Source of the DNA: a virus
Lineage: Duplodnaviria > Heunggongvirae > Uroviricota > Caudoviricetes
DNA length: 45,457 bases
Reading direction: 5' to 3' (one strand)
IMG/VR virus record: IMGVR_UViG_3300032322_002674
Coordinates: 1 to 45,457 of that record
Shown: positions 26,317 through 36,694 of the stretch, one piece after another
Position numbering within the stretch: the stretch's first letter is position 1
How the letters are laid out: each line of letters begins with the position of its first letter
Position numbers and translations under genes: made by a program
The notes under the pieces: model-generated
The model's database searches: none
What the model was told of the DNA's origin: nothing
Seen by the model: the letters and a program-made list of their open reading frames with translations, nothing else

Positions 26317-26791
26317 AATTAAAGTTTTCAGTATAATATTTAACTTTATTTCTAAAAAATGATGTGTCCAATAAAAGTTTAATATCTTTATTTAATCCTA
26401 TTTTTCTATAAAATTTCATTGTTAATTTTCTTTTAAATACATAACTATTAAAATCTAAATATTCATCAGGAACACCCATTAATTTAATATATTCTTCTAT
26501 TGCAAGATAAAAACAAATTAATTTAAAATCTATTAATCTTTTATTATCTGTTTCAAAATAAAATTTTTCATCATCATTTATTGATACAGTAAATCTTATA
26601 AAATTACCATACATATTTTTTGCACTAATATTAACCTTATACTTAAAAATACCACATAATGTCATTAACATTTCATTTTTTGCCCAAAGATAAAAATTTG
26701 ACATTATTTCTTTTTCAATAATATCTATCTGCTGTCCAACATTTTTAGACAAGCGAATAATTTTAAGCGACTGTGTATATTTACTTTTCAT
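26306..26791 (-). CDS. hypothetical protein
   Basis: 161-aa operonic ORF. Confidence 0.6.
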   Translation of the reverse strand: MKSKYTQSLKIIRLSKNVGQQIDIIEKEIMSNFYLWAKNEMLMTLCGIFKYKVNISAKNMYGNFIRFTVSINDDEKFYFETDNKRLIDFKLICFYLAIEEYIKLMGVPDEYLDFNSYVFKRKLTMKFYRKIGLNKDIKLLLDTSFFRNKVKYYTENFNYGE

Positions 26792-26868
26792 AGACGTAAA
26801 TTGTTACTATTTTTATAAAACAATTTATTTTTTTTCTGTGGAAATTAATTTCCCTTTTTGATACACTT

Positions 26869-27225
26869 CTATCTGGTTAATATCCATTTTTTTATAATTA
26901 AACTTATTTGTTCTTGGTCATATATTAACATAATAACACCATTTCCATTTTCTATAAAACAATTATATTTATTATTTATTTTATTAACATAAATTCTTCT
27001 TAAAAGTGTTTGTAATTCACCATAACAATGCATAAACATTATAATAATTACCAATTCTTCAAATTCATTTTTAAAAATTAAGTCACATTTAAGTTTATTG
27101 TTATTTGTGATAGTATAAGATTGATTTTTATCCCCCCTAAAAATAACAAAATCTTTTTTATAATTCAACTTATTTTGAATACAAAAATTTGCAAAACTAA
27201 CTATAATTGAACTTGAGTTAATCAT
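26869..27225 (-). CDS. hypothetical protein
   Basis: 118-aa operonic ORF. Confidence 0.6.
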   Translation of the reverse strand: MINSSSIIVSFANFCIQNKLNYKKDFVIFRGDKNQSYTITNNNKLKCDLIFKNEFEELVIIIMFMHCYGELQTLLRRIYVNKINNKYNCFIENGNGVIMLIYDQEQISLIIKKWILTR

Positions 27226-27632
27226 TAGTGGTATAAATTAATTTCAGTTAAATCAATAATATCTTTTAAAGAAAGTATAATTTTTTCTTTATCAATAAAT
27301 TTAACTTTATTTGTTCTATTATCAACATAAGATGATGTTTTTGTTACCCTTAAATAATTTATTGAATAATCCATTGTAAAAAGATAATCAGATAATTCTT
27401 CATATAAAATAAGAAAATTACTATATAATATTAAACAAAGAAAATCTGCATCAATATCTTTAGTTTTATATTTTCTATCTGAAATACTTAAAAAAGTTTT
27501 ATTTGATTTTACTAAAGAAATTTTAATTAATTGTTCATGTGTTAAAAAATGTGAAGTTTTACTTATTGTAATTCCATATTCTTCTTTAAGAAGTCTTTCA
27601 ACAGTTCGTTTTATATCTTCAATTTTTATCAT
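27225..27632 (-). CDS. hypothetical protein
   Basis: 135-aa ORF, start/stop overlaps. Confidence 0.6.
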   Translation of the reverse strand: MIKIEDIKRTVERLLKEEYGITISKTSHFLTHEQLIKISLVKSNKTFLSISDRKYKTKDIDADFLCLILYSNFLILYEELSDYLFTMDYSINYLRVTKTSSYVDNRTNKVKFIDKEKIILSLKDIIDLTEINLYH

Positions 27633-28066
27633 AAAATGATTGGATAATTTTTTGCAATAATATCGTGATAAGTTTTTTTAATATCACCATAATTGTTTGC
27701 AATTGTTTTAAAAATTTCTTTATAATCTTCTAAATTATATATTTCAGTTGTATTATAATCTGTTACTATAAATTTTTTTGTTTTAAGTACATCTGGTTTT
27801 AATATTATATCATAATACTTATAATCCCCTTTACTGAAAAAATGATTTAAAAAATCTTCACTATTGGTTAAATTTTTTAATATAAAACTAACACCCAATA
27901 ATTCACCAAAACCCATTAAATTATGATTTTCAACCGTTAATGTGAAACCAAAAACATCATTACCAATATAAATTTTAACATACCCCTTTTCTTCTTCCTC
28001 ATAGATATAATAGTTTGGTACATTAATATATGTTAAAAATTTTTTTATATTATTATGTAAACTCAT
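27629..28066 (-). CDS. hypothetical protein
   Basis: 145-aa ORF, start/stop overlaps. Confidence 0.6.
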   Translation of the reverse strand: MSLHNNIKKFLTYINVPNYYIYEEEEKGYVKIYIGNDVFGFTLTVENHNLMGFGELLGVSFILKNLTNSEDFLNHFFSKGDYKYYDIILKPDVLKTKKFIVTDYNTTEIYNLEDYKEIFKTIANNYGDIKKTYHDIIAKNYPIIL

Positions 28067-28890
28067 TTAAAATTTTCCAATTCTTTTAGTTTTTTAAATA
28101 ATTCTTTTTCTTTATCGTTTACTTGTTTTGGATTTTTAAGTAAAAGTTTAATATATAAATCACCTGTTCTATAAATTGTTTTAAATCCTTTTCCACCTAC
28201 TCTCATAGTGGAAAAAGGTTCTGATAGTGGTTTAACCTTAACTTTAATTTTTGTTTTATCTAATAAAGTTATTTCATGTTCACAACCTAAAATAAAATCA
28301 GGATATGATAAAGTTAAATTATATCCAATATCGAAACTATTAATTCTTATTAAATTTGGGTGATGGATTTGATTAATAAAAATAAATAAATCACCTGGTA
28401 CTCCTTCACCTTCACAATCATTACCCATACCATTTAAAATCATTTGCGAATCAGTATCAAATCCTTCTGGAATAGTTATTTCTTTTGTAACTGTTTCAGT
28501 TTGAAATAAACCATCAACAAATTTTCTTCTTTTATATTCAACGGTTTTAATGCAACCACTATAAATTTCTTCTAAAGTTAAATATAAATCAATTTTAAGA
28601 TTTTGACCTCTTCTTTGTCTTTTAGTTCTAAAACCACCACCAAAAAATTGATTTATTATATCATCAAAATCAAAATTTCCACCACCCATATTAAATCCAC
28701 CTGAATCATATTGATTTCTTTTTTCATCATCAGAAAGTATTTCGTATGCCTGGGTAATTTCTTTATATTTTTCTTCTGATTCAGGATTTTTATCAGGGTG
28801 ATATTTTTTTGATAATTCCCTAAATTTCTTTTTTATTTCTTCTTTTGAAGAATCTTTTGTAACACCTAAAATTTCATAGGGATTTTTCAT
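28063..28890 (-). CDS. dnaJ: DnaJ-family co-chaperone (type II, no zinc finger)
   Basis: J domain (PYEILGV..KYHPDKNP..AYEILSD), G/F-rich linker, C-terminal domain (LTLEEIYSG, PGDLFI, GDLYI); no CxxCxGxG repeats. Confidence 0.92.
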   Translation of the reverse strand: MKNPYEILGVTKDSSKEEIKKKFRELSKKYHPDKNPESEEKYKEITQAYEILSDDEKRNQYDSGGFNMGGGNFDFDDIINQFFGGGFRTKRQRRGQNLKIDLYLTLEEIYSGCIKTVEYKRRKFVDGLFQTETVTKEITIPEGFDTDSQMILNGMGNDCEGEGVPGDLFIFINQIHHPNLIRINSFDIGYNLTLSYPDFILGCEHEITLLDKTKIKVKVKPLSEPFSTMRVGGKGFKTIYRTGDLYIKLLLKNPKQVNDKEKELFKKLKELENFK

Positions 28891-29348
28891 GGTAATAATA
28901 TAAAGTTTAAATCTTTAGAAAATGTTTTTTTATTTACATTATTTTCAACATGAACAAATTTTAATCTATAAGTAAAATCTTCAAATTGATTTGTATAACC
29001 TAAACCTAAACTTTTTGTTGTTGGTAAACTTTTATTGTTTGACCAAACAATTTGTAGAAAAATATTTTTTTTAGATAAAAATCTAAAAAACTTTATAATA
29101 AGATAATTTCTAATCCAAAGTTTATAATCTAAACTAAACAGAAATAATACAAAATTCAAAAGTAATGAAATATCTTTTGGTTTTGATTGATTTATTTTAC
29201 GGTTTTCCCAAAATTCTTTTCTTTCTTTTTCATAAAGAGAATGGTTATCCCCAATTGGAATTGAATCAAAACCTTCTTTAATTAATAAACTTTGTGGTGG
29301 AATTGATTTAATATAACTGTTTTTCTTTGTTTCAAAAAAACTTTTCAT
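28887..29348 (-). CDS. hypothetical protein
   Basis: 153-aa ORF; TAAATTTA box 4 nt upstream. Confidence 0.6.
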   Translation of the reverse strand: MKSFFETKKNSYIKSIPPQSLLIKEGFDSIPIGDNHSLYEKERKEFWENRKINQSKPKDISLLLNFVLFLFSLDYKLWIRNYLIIKFFRFLSKKNIFLQIVWSNNKSLPTTKSLGLGYTNQFEDFTYRLKFVHVENNVNKKTFSKDLNFILLP

Positions 29349-29375
29349 TTTGTAAATTTAATAAAAAAAAACCAA

Positions 29376-30212
29376 TTAATCAAATTTCTTTTTAAAATCT
29401 TCTTTTAAATCAAATGGGTTTTCATACTCTTTTGTGTATAATCTCATATACATTAAAGATTTATTAAATATTGGTTTCATAAAGTTTTCGTGAATAATTT
29501 TTAAATTATCTTCTGTAAGTTGTCCTAAAAAAACAACAGGTACTTTAGAATTATCATCCATTAATTTTTGTTTTAATACTGATATGAATCTTTCAGTATC
29601 AGATTCACATTTGGTAATTAAAAAAGAAATTCTATCATGATTATCTGTTATATATATTTTTGTTCTAAAATAAGATATGAATTTTGGTACATCATTATTT
29701 ATAATAAAATTTTCATATATACCAAGAAATGTTAATTCTTTTCTTTTTTTTGGTTCTTTATCTGAATAAATACTAAAAATTTCTTCTGTTCTCCAGGGTG
29801 ATGCATGTAAAATAACCCAATCAGGATGTGTTGATTGTAAAATAACTTCTCTACCTAAATTATCCCTAACACCATCAATTAACCATTTAGGTAAAGAATT
29901 TTGATTTAGATTTTTTCTTGATGTTGTTAAAATAACTTCTTCATTTTTTTTTATAACAACATCACATTTTGATGTTCCTTTAGTAATTTTGTATATAGAT
30001 GGGAAAAAAACATTGGATGATAATTCAATATATTTTTTATAATAACCTATTGCAGTCCATAATCTACCAATTCTTTTTGATGCAAAAGATTTATTACCAC
30101 TTTTTGTTTTACCTAAATTTGCAATTTTAAGTTTCTTTTTCCAATCGGTAATAAAAATTTTAAAATCAAATTCATAATAACTTTTATATGGTCTGTATCT
30201 TGATTTTTCCAT
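29376..30212 (-). CDS. hypothetical basic protein
   Basis: 278-aa ORF, no recognised motif. Confidence 0.65.
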   Translation of the reverse strand: MEKSRYRPYKSYYEFDFKIFITDWKKKLKIANLGKTKSGNKSFASKRIGRLWTAIGYYKKYIELSSNVFFPSIYKITKGTSKCDVVIKKNEEVILTTSRKNLNQNSLPKWLIDGVRDNLGREVILQSTHPDWVILHASPWRTEEIFSIYSDKEPKKRKELTFLGIYENFIINNDVPKFISYFRTKIYITDNHDRISFLITKCESDTERFISVLKQKLMDDNSKVPVVFLGQLTEDNLKIIHENFMKPIFNKSLMYMRLYTKEYENPFDLKEDFKKKFD

Positions 30213-30633
30213 TATCTAAAAACATCATTTTTTTTTTAATTTCCCATACCATATATATTCAGATTTACGTCTTTTAACATAATCAGATAATAAAAATGTC
30301 TTACCATTTATTTTATCCCTAACATTCTCCATCTACGATAAATCAAATATAATATCTTATCTAAAAAATAATTTATAAAACAATTCTTAAAGTTTTAACT
30401 ATATTCTTTTTCCCCATAAAATCAATAACTTCCACATCTTCTTTATTTTTGTCAATATAGACCCTTATTGGTTCATTATTTTTATAAAAATTGTAAAAAT
30501 GTTCTACATTTAAATTTTCATTATGTGGTATAATTTTATCATTAACAATCATAACATTTTCACACTCTTCTAAAATTGCACCAACTTGGTGACTAATAAA
30601 TAAACAGTTTTAATGTTTTATTCTTATTAATTT

Positions 30634-31020
30634 TTATAAAGTCAAAGTAAAATTATCACAAAAATTTTTAACAAATTCTGCTTCCACATCTCCTGTAAAT
30701 TCATTATTAATCCATACATCAGTATTTTGAATTTCTTCAAATTTAATTTTGAATGTTCTAATTATTTCAATCACATTATTATAAATAAATTGAATAGGTA
30801 AATCTTTTACATTATTACTAAATATTCTAACAATAACAGCAGGTATTATTATAGCAATATCACCTTTATATGTTTCAATGTTATCTAAAAAATGTAATTG
30901 GAATAACTCACATGCTAATGCAGTATTTCTTTTGTTTTTTGTTTTATTTAAAAAACCTATAATTTCCCATTTTCTAATTAATTCATTTGAATTTTGTTCT
31001 ATTTTTAATAGTTCTACCAT
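30634..31020 (-). CDS. hypothetical protein resembling the N-terminal segment of T4-like major capsid proteins
   Basis: LIRKWEIIGFL..KRNTALACELFQ..IIPAVIVRIFS. Confidence 0.45.
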   Translation of the reverse strand: MVELLKIEQNSNELIRKWEIIGFLNKTKNKRNTALACELFQLHFLDNIETYKGDIAIIIPAVIVRIFSNNVKDLPIQFIYNNVIEIIRTFKIKFEEIQNTDVWINNEFTGDVEAEFVKNFCDNFTLTL

Positions 31021-31044
31021 AATTTTATTTTTTTTAATTTTTTT

Positions 31045-31638
31045 TTAATTCCACAACCCAAGTTTACGCATTGCACCCAAAACAACACAATATGCATCAC
31101 TCATATCATAACATTCTTTAATTGGAATTGAATGTTTATTTAGGGGCCAAATTATTTGTGGTTCTTTTTCTGATACCAAATTCCATATAATAATTTTCTT
31201 ATCACAATCTTTTGGATAACCACCAAATAAAACTGATTTACCCAATTTATTTTTTTGCATTAAAACAGGAAATGCATATTTTCTTGCATCATAAGAAGAT
31301 ATATACATTGGTTTAATATTTAATAAATCCCATATACATTTAGAAATCATACCATTGAAACGTAATAATTTTGCAATTGTAAAAATATTATTACTTCTAA
31401 GTAATGGTTCTTCTATAAATACCTTTTCTATATTATTCCAGATGTCAGGTAATTCTTCTAATTGAATTTGAATAAACTCCTTAAAAACATCACATTTTTC
31501 AAATAAAATATCATCTTCCTTATTTTTAGTTTTAATTTTTGGTGTAACATATCTTAATTCTATCAATTTACCTTCAATAGAAAAAATTGATACACCAATT
31601 GTTTTTGATGATACATCTAATCCTAATACGTATTTCAT
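31045..31638 (-). CDS. RuvC-like Holliday junction resolvase
   Basis: VLGLDVSSKTIG, VFIEEP, DMSDAY acidic catalytic residues of the RNase H/RuvC fold. Confidence 0.85.
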   Translation of the reverse strand: MKYVLGLDVSSKTIGVSIFSIEGKLIELRYVTPKIKTKNKEDDILFEKCDVFKEFIQIQLEELPDIWNNIEKVFIEEPLLRSNNIFTIAKLLRFNGMISKCIWDLLNIKPMYISSYDARKYAFPVLMQKNKLGKSVLFGGYPKDCDKKIIIWNLVSEKEPQIIWPLNKHSIPIKECYDMSDAYCVVLGAMRKLGLWN

Positions 31639-31639
31639 A

Positions 31640-32212
31640 TTATCTAACTATATTACAATCTTTTGGGTTTATGATAACTCTAACAAATTCAGAATTTGAA
31701 AAATCTATCTCATATATTGATTCGCAAGAAATTACCCATCTATATAAATACTCTTTATTATCATAAACATCAATTACATAATCAAAATCTTTTAAATCTT
31801 TATATTCAATTAATTTTGGGGTACATTCTTTTTTAAAGTCAACTTTTAATACTTTCCATTTTAAATGAGTACCATTGATATAATGTGGTTCATTACATTC
31901 TAAAATTTCAGTTGGTTGAATTTCAATAAAAGTACATTTTTTTTCTAAAGAATTATCATATTCACTTTTTTTCCATATTCTTTCAGTATTCCGCATAGGT
32001 TGTTCACCTACTGATTCTTCATCCTGAATTGTTACAGTACCATCTGTAACAGTAAATATTGTCCTACCTTCTTGTGGTATTAGTGTACTATTTGTAATAC
32101 TTGTATTATATACAACTTCATTTTCTTCTAATGAATTTTCTTCTAAAGTTCTTCTTAGACTATTAATTTGTTCTAATTCTTCATCACTTATTCTATTTTC
32201 TCTAATTGGCAT
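31640..32212 (-). CDS. hypothetical protein
   Basis: 190-aa operonic ORF. Confidence 0.65.
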   Translation of the reverse strand: MPIRENRISDEELEQINSLRRTLEENSLEENEVVYNTSITNSTLIPQEGRTIFTVTDGTVTIQDEESVGEQPMRNTERIWKKSEYDNSLEKKCTFIEIQPTEILECNEPHYINGTHLKWKVLKVDFKKECTPKLIEYKDLKDFDYVIDVYDNKEYLYRWVISCESIYEIDFSNSEFVRVIINPKDCNIVR

Positions 32213-32217
32213 AATGT

Positions 32218-32481
32218 TTATTTATTATTTTCTAATAAGGTTAGTACTTCTTGTACTGCCTCTTCTAATGTTTCAAAATCTGAAACTGGTGTAAATCCTA
32301 TTTTTGTTTTAACCAAGAATTGTGGAACATGGTCATATTCCGAAAATTCTTTAAAAGTTTCCCATTCTTCTTCATTTTCATGAATATCTTTTTCTGAATA
32401 TTCAATTCCAGAAGAATTTAAAAGTTCCTTAATTTCCTTACAATAATCACAACCTTGCATTGTGAATAAAAATACCTTCAT
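32218..32481 (-). CDS. glutaredoxin/NrdH-like redoxin
   Basis: LFTMQGCDYC (CxxC), cis-Pro loop HVPQF. Confidence 0.9.
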   Translation of the reverse strand: MKVFLFTMQGCDYCKEIKELLNSSGIEYSEKDIHENEEEWETFKEFSEYDHVPQFLVKTKIGFTPVSDFETLEEAVQEVLTLLENNK

Positions 32482-32550
32482 ATATATATTTTTTTTAAAG
32501 TTAAACTATTGCAGAAAAAAGTAAAGAGATATTTATTAAAAAAAACATAA

Positions 32551-33987
32551 ATGTTAAAAATTTCTGACATATTAAATGAAATTGTTCAAGAAAATTTAAA
32601 TAAACTAAAAGAAGGTTTAAATCTAACATCTCGTGCTAAAAATAATTTAGAACAAAGGGAAGTATTTATAAAAGATAAATTAAATAAACCGATTGAAGAA
32701 TTAGATTTAAATGTTTTAGAATTAAATTTAAATAAAAATCAATTAGATATAATTGGTAAAAAAATAGTAGATAAATATCCATTTATAGAATATAAAGTTT
32801 TCCCATCCCATTTTCGTGAAAATTTAATAAGTTCAGAATATTATTTATTTCTTTATTTAAAAGAAGATAAAGATGTTTTTATTAGATTAGATTTATGGAT
32901 GGGTGATAAAAAAATAAGTGATGTTATTAATTATTTTAATAAAAAATTAGAAGAAAATAATTTAAATGAAAATACTGACCCAGCAGTTACAGATATTGCC
33001 AGAGCAAAAATATCTTTAAGTAAATCCAAAGATATTTTAAGGGATATGGGGGTTAATTTCGGTCAAGGAAAATGTTCTATACCAATTGGTTATAGTGGTG
33101 ATTTTTTTATGAATTCTTATGTTAGATTAATAAAATATAATGATATTAATAACCCAGTATTAACCCCAGGTAGTCAAAAATCACAAGATACATATAGATT
33201 ATTTGGTTCTGCATTAAATTTTTCTAATGTAAATGTTAATCAAAATCAACAACCCAATGGTGGTTCTCAAATAACATTATCTGGTGTTACTTTTGAATTT
33301 CAAGGTAATATGTGGGGAAAAATTAATAATAAAAAAGTTTGGTTAGATAACAAAGGAATCGAAGTTAATAATACAGTTTCAAATATATTGAATAGTATGT
33401 ATATAACAAATGAATCTAAAAATAAATTTTTAACATATAATAATATTGATTATGTAAAAACAAATATTGGTTGGGCAACATATAATAGAACAACTGGTAA
33501 AAGTGGTATGGTTATCACTAAAAAAAATAATGTACAACCAAATCAAACAACATTAAATAATGAATGGTTTAAAATTAATCCAATACCTAAAAATTATTCA
33601 TTAAAATATAATGGTTTTGATTATAAATTTGGTGAAGTTAAAAAAATTCAATCACCTTTAACTAAAAATTTAAATCAACAACTAACTAATGAATGGTTAA
33701 AACAAAATTCACAAAATCAAACCAATCAAATATCAAATGTAACTGTACTTGATGATATTTCAATAGAAAGTACAAAAGAAAAATTAGTTAATTGTGAAAT
33801 AGAATTTTATGAATTTGATTCTTCTTTTTTGAATAAACCTTTGCAAAAAGGATTTAGACCAAGAAAATTAACACCAGGTTCTTTTATAAAATGTAAAACA
33901 AATTATTATATAAAAATTTTAAAATCTTATCCCAAAATGAATAATTGTGAATGGGGTGTGATTTATATAACCCAATTAGAAATTTAA
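32551..33987 (+). CDS. putative virion protein carrying one copy of the EGLxLTSRA module
   Basis: ATATTTAT at 32529-32536; leader with ILNE/LKE; internal NNEW/TNEW repeats; directly upstream of the tape-measure-like gene. Confidence 0.6.
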   Translation: MLKISDILNEIVQENLNKLKEGLNLTSRAKNNLEQREVFIKDKLNKPIEELDLNVLELNLNKNQLDIIGKKIVDKYPFIEYKVFPSHFRENLISSEYYLFLYLKEDKDVFIRLDLWMGDKKISDVINYFNKKLEENNLNENTDPAVTDIARAKISLSKSKDILRDMGVNFGQGKCSIPIGYSGDFFMNSYVRLIKYNDINNPVLTPGSQKSQDTYRLFGSALNFSNVNVNQNQQPNGGSQITLSGVTFEFQGNMWGKINNKKVWLDNKGIEVNNTVSNILNSMYITNESKNKFLTYNNIDYVKTNIGWATYNRTTGKSGMVITKKNNVQPNQTTLNNEWFKINPIPKNYSLKYNGFDYKFGEVKKIQSPLTKNLNQQLTNEWLKQNSQNQTNQISNVTVLDDISIESTKEKLVNCEIEFYEFDSSFLNKPLQKGFRPRKLTPGSFIKCKTNYYIKILKSYPKMNNCEWGVIYITQLEI

Positions 33988-33989
33988 TT

Positions 33990-36479
33990 ATGGCAAATAA
34001 CCCTTTTAATAAACAAGACATTGAAAAAGAAATTGAAAGACTTAAAGAATTGGAAGAAATAACCAAATCTATTAATGGTAATTTAGGTCTTTGGGTTAAA
34101 TCTTATGGTCAAATTAATAAAATTCAAAAGGAATTAAATAAATCACAAGATACAATAAATAAATTAAAAGAAGAAGAATTAAATACTACTGACCAACAAA
34201 GAAAATTATTATTACAAGGTGTTATAAAAGAATTAGAAAATGAATATTCATTAGTTGAAGAAAAATTAAAATTAATAAAACAAGAACGTAATCTTCAAAG
34301 AGCAATACAAGGTGAAATAAAAAAAAGAACTAAAGAAACATTAGAAAGTGTTGGTGAAACCACAAAACAATATGTACAACAAAATTTTTCAGTATCATCA
34401 ATTTTATCTTATTTAACAGATATTGATTCACAAATAAGAAAAACCAATCTTGCAATAGGTGGTGGTGAGGAAGGATATAATAACATAAGAATTTCATTGG
34501 AAGAATCTGCAGGATTTTTAAGTAGAATTGGAGTTTCTTTGGCAGATGCGGCACAATTTCAAAGAATAATTACTGAACAAACTGGTAGGCAACAATTTTT
34601 AAATAGACAAAATGTTGAATCAATTGCATTAATGGTTCAAGGAACAGGTTTACAGGCAGAAATGATTGGTGAAATTGTTGCTGGAATGGAATTATTTGGC
34701 AGGGGTATTAATTCAACAAAAATGTTTATTGAGGAAACCCTTAACATGTCAAATGAAATGGGTTTAAATGGTATTGCTGTAACCAAAAAAATTGGTGAAA
34801 ATCTTAAAAAGGCACAAGGTTTCTTTTTTAAACAAGGTCAAGATAAAGGATTACGTAACATTGTTATGTTATCTGAAAAATATAGAATGAATATACAATC
34901 TGCATTAGGTTTTGCAGAAAAAGTACAAACTGTTGAGGGTGCAGTAGAAACTGCAGCACAATTACAAGTACTAGGTGGTTCTTTTGCTCGTTTAGGTAAT
35001 CCTTTTGAACTTTTATTTAAAAGTAGAAATGACATAGAAGGATTTGTTGAATCTTTGGTAAAAACTAATGACCAAATTGCAACTTTTGATAAAAAATCAA
35101 AAACATTTAAAATAAGTGCTCTTGAATTACAAAGATTAAAATCAATTGCAGAAGTTACTAGTATCCCTTTTGAGGAATTAACTGAATCTGCATTAAAATT
35201 TGCTCAACTATCTAAGGCATCATCTCAAATTAATTTTGGTACTAAAAAAGATAGGGAAATGATTGCCAATATGGCAAAATTAAATGAAAAAGGTGGGTTT
35301 GATGTTACATTTGAAAAGGGTGGAGAACAAGTTACAAGAGCAATTGAACAATTAACAAGTGCTGATTTGGGTTATTTAAAACAAACACAACAGTCTTTGA
35401 AAGAAAGAGCAGAACAAGCAATGGGTTTTGATGATACATTAAAATCTGTTACAGAAGAATTAAAAGCAACACTTTTACCACTTTTAAAAGGTATTAATGA
35501 AGCATTAATTTCCTTTAGAAGTTTTAGAGATTCACTTTTTGGTGAAGATGGTGATAGTTTTGCAAAAAAAATAATGATGGGTGGTTTACTTATTGCAGGG
35601 GTTGCTCCAGTATTATTATCTTTTGCATCAGTATTTTTAAGTGGAATTGGTAGATTAATGGCAGGTGGATTATTAAATAAGATGGGTTCTGCAAGTGCAA
35701 TGTCAACTGCAACTACTTTGGGTAAAGGTGGAATATTTTCATCACTTTTTGGTGGATTAAGTGTTGGTAAAGGTATTGCATTAATTGCTGGTGTAAGTGT
35801 TGCTATAATTGGATTATCTTATGCCTTTAAAAGTTTGGGTGATGTTAATTGGGGTAATATTGATATTGGTAAACTTGGGGGTCTTATGGCTGGTGTAGTT
35901 GCTCTTGGTTTTGCAGCTGCAAAACTTGGAGTTTTAATTAGTGCTTCTGGGGGTGGTGTTTTTGGAATAATTGCTGCAGGAATAGGAACATTAACCTTAT
36001 TATCACTTCCAATATTTACTTTCTCTTATGCATTAAATTCTTTAGGTGATTCTTTTAAAAATTTATCTATGGGAGTTAATTCTATTGATACAACCAAATT
36101 AAAAGATGTTTTATCTTCTATGGGTGATGTATTATCACAATCAACAAAATCTTTTGGTTCTGCAATTACTGAATCTTTATTTGGTAATAAAATAGAAGGT
36201 GTTGTTCAACCAATTGTGGAATTAAGTAAAATTGATAGTGAAAAACTTAAAGTAATTTCTAATCTATTTGCTCAATCAAAAGGAAAACCTTTAGTTGTTA
36301 AAGTAACTGATGATATTAATATCAAATTTGATGATTTAAAAATCAATATTAATGGTGAAACAAGTGTTGTAAATAATTCTAAATTAAGGGAAAATATTAA
36401 AGAACAAGTAATTCAATCACTAAATGATGCATTTTATACAAATAGAATATCTGTTCCTTCTTTAAATGGTAGAGGTTAA
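33990..36479 (+). CDS. tape-measure-like protein
   Basis: Long helical/coiled-coil N-terminus followed by Gly/Ala-rich hydrophobic segments; likely ATG at 33990 (MANNPFNK), just after the upstream stop. Confidence 0.65.
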   Translation: MANNPFNKQDIEKEIERLKELEEITKSINGNLGLWVKSYGQINKIQKELNKSQDTINKLKEEELNTTDQQRKLLLQGVIKELENEYSLVEEKLKLIKQERNLQRAIQGEIKKRTKETLESVGETTKQYVQQNFSVSSILSYLTDIDSQIRKTNLAIGGGEEGYNNIRISLEESAGFLSRIGVSLADAAQFQRIITEQTGRQQFLNRQNVESIALMVQGTGLQAEMIGEIVAGMELFGRGINSTKMFIEETLNMSNEMGLNGIAVTKKIGENLKKAQGFFFKQGQDKGLRNIVMLSEKYRMNIQSALGFAEKVQTVEGAVETAAQLQVLGGSFARLGNPFELLFKSRNDIEGFVESLVKTNDQIATFDKKSKTFKISALELQRLKSIAEVTSIPFEELTESALKFAQLSKASSQINFGTKKDREMIANMAKLNEKGGFDVTFEKGGEQVTRAIEQLTSADLGYLKQTQQSLKERAEQAMGFDDTLKSVTEELKATLLPLLKGINEALISFRSFRDSLFGEDGDSFAKKIMMGGLLIAGVAPVLLSFASVFLSGIGRLMAGGLLNKMGSASAMSTATTLGKGGIFSSLFGGLSVGKGIALIAGVSVAIIGLSYAFKSLGDVNWGNIDIGKLGGLMAGVVALGFAAAKLGVLISASGGGVFGIIAAGIGTLTLLSLPIFTFSYALNSLGDSFKNLSMGVNSIDTTKLKDVLSSMGDVLSQSTKSFGSAITESLFGNKIEGVVQPIVELSKIDSEKLKVISNLFAQSKGKPLVVKVTDDINIKFDDLKININGETSVVNNSKLRENIKEQVIQSLNDAFYTNRISVPSLNGRG

Positions 36480-36682
36480 AAATTTAATTTTATTTTATTG
36501 GTGTGAAATATAGGATAGACTACGTTATAAGGAATATAACCATCTTTAATTATTCTTATATCTTTATATGTTTCATTTTTTAAAAAATTATTTTTATTTA
36601 ATTCTTCATAAATTTCAAATGAAACTAATAAAAATTTAATTTTATTCTTATTTTTATCAATAAAATTATCTAATACATTCAT
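36476..36682 (-). CDS. small hypothetical protein
   Basis: 68-aa ORF downstream of the methylase. Confidence 0.55.
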   Translation of the reverse strand: MNVLDNFIDKNKNKIKFLLVSFEIYEELNKNNFLKNETYKDIRIIKDGYIPYNVVYPIFHTNKIKLNF

Positions 36683-36694
36683 TTATTTAACTTT

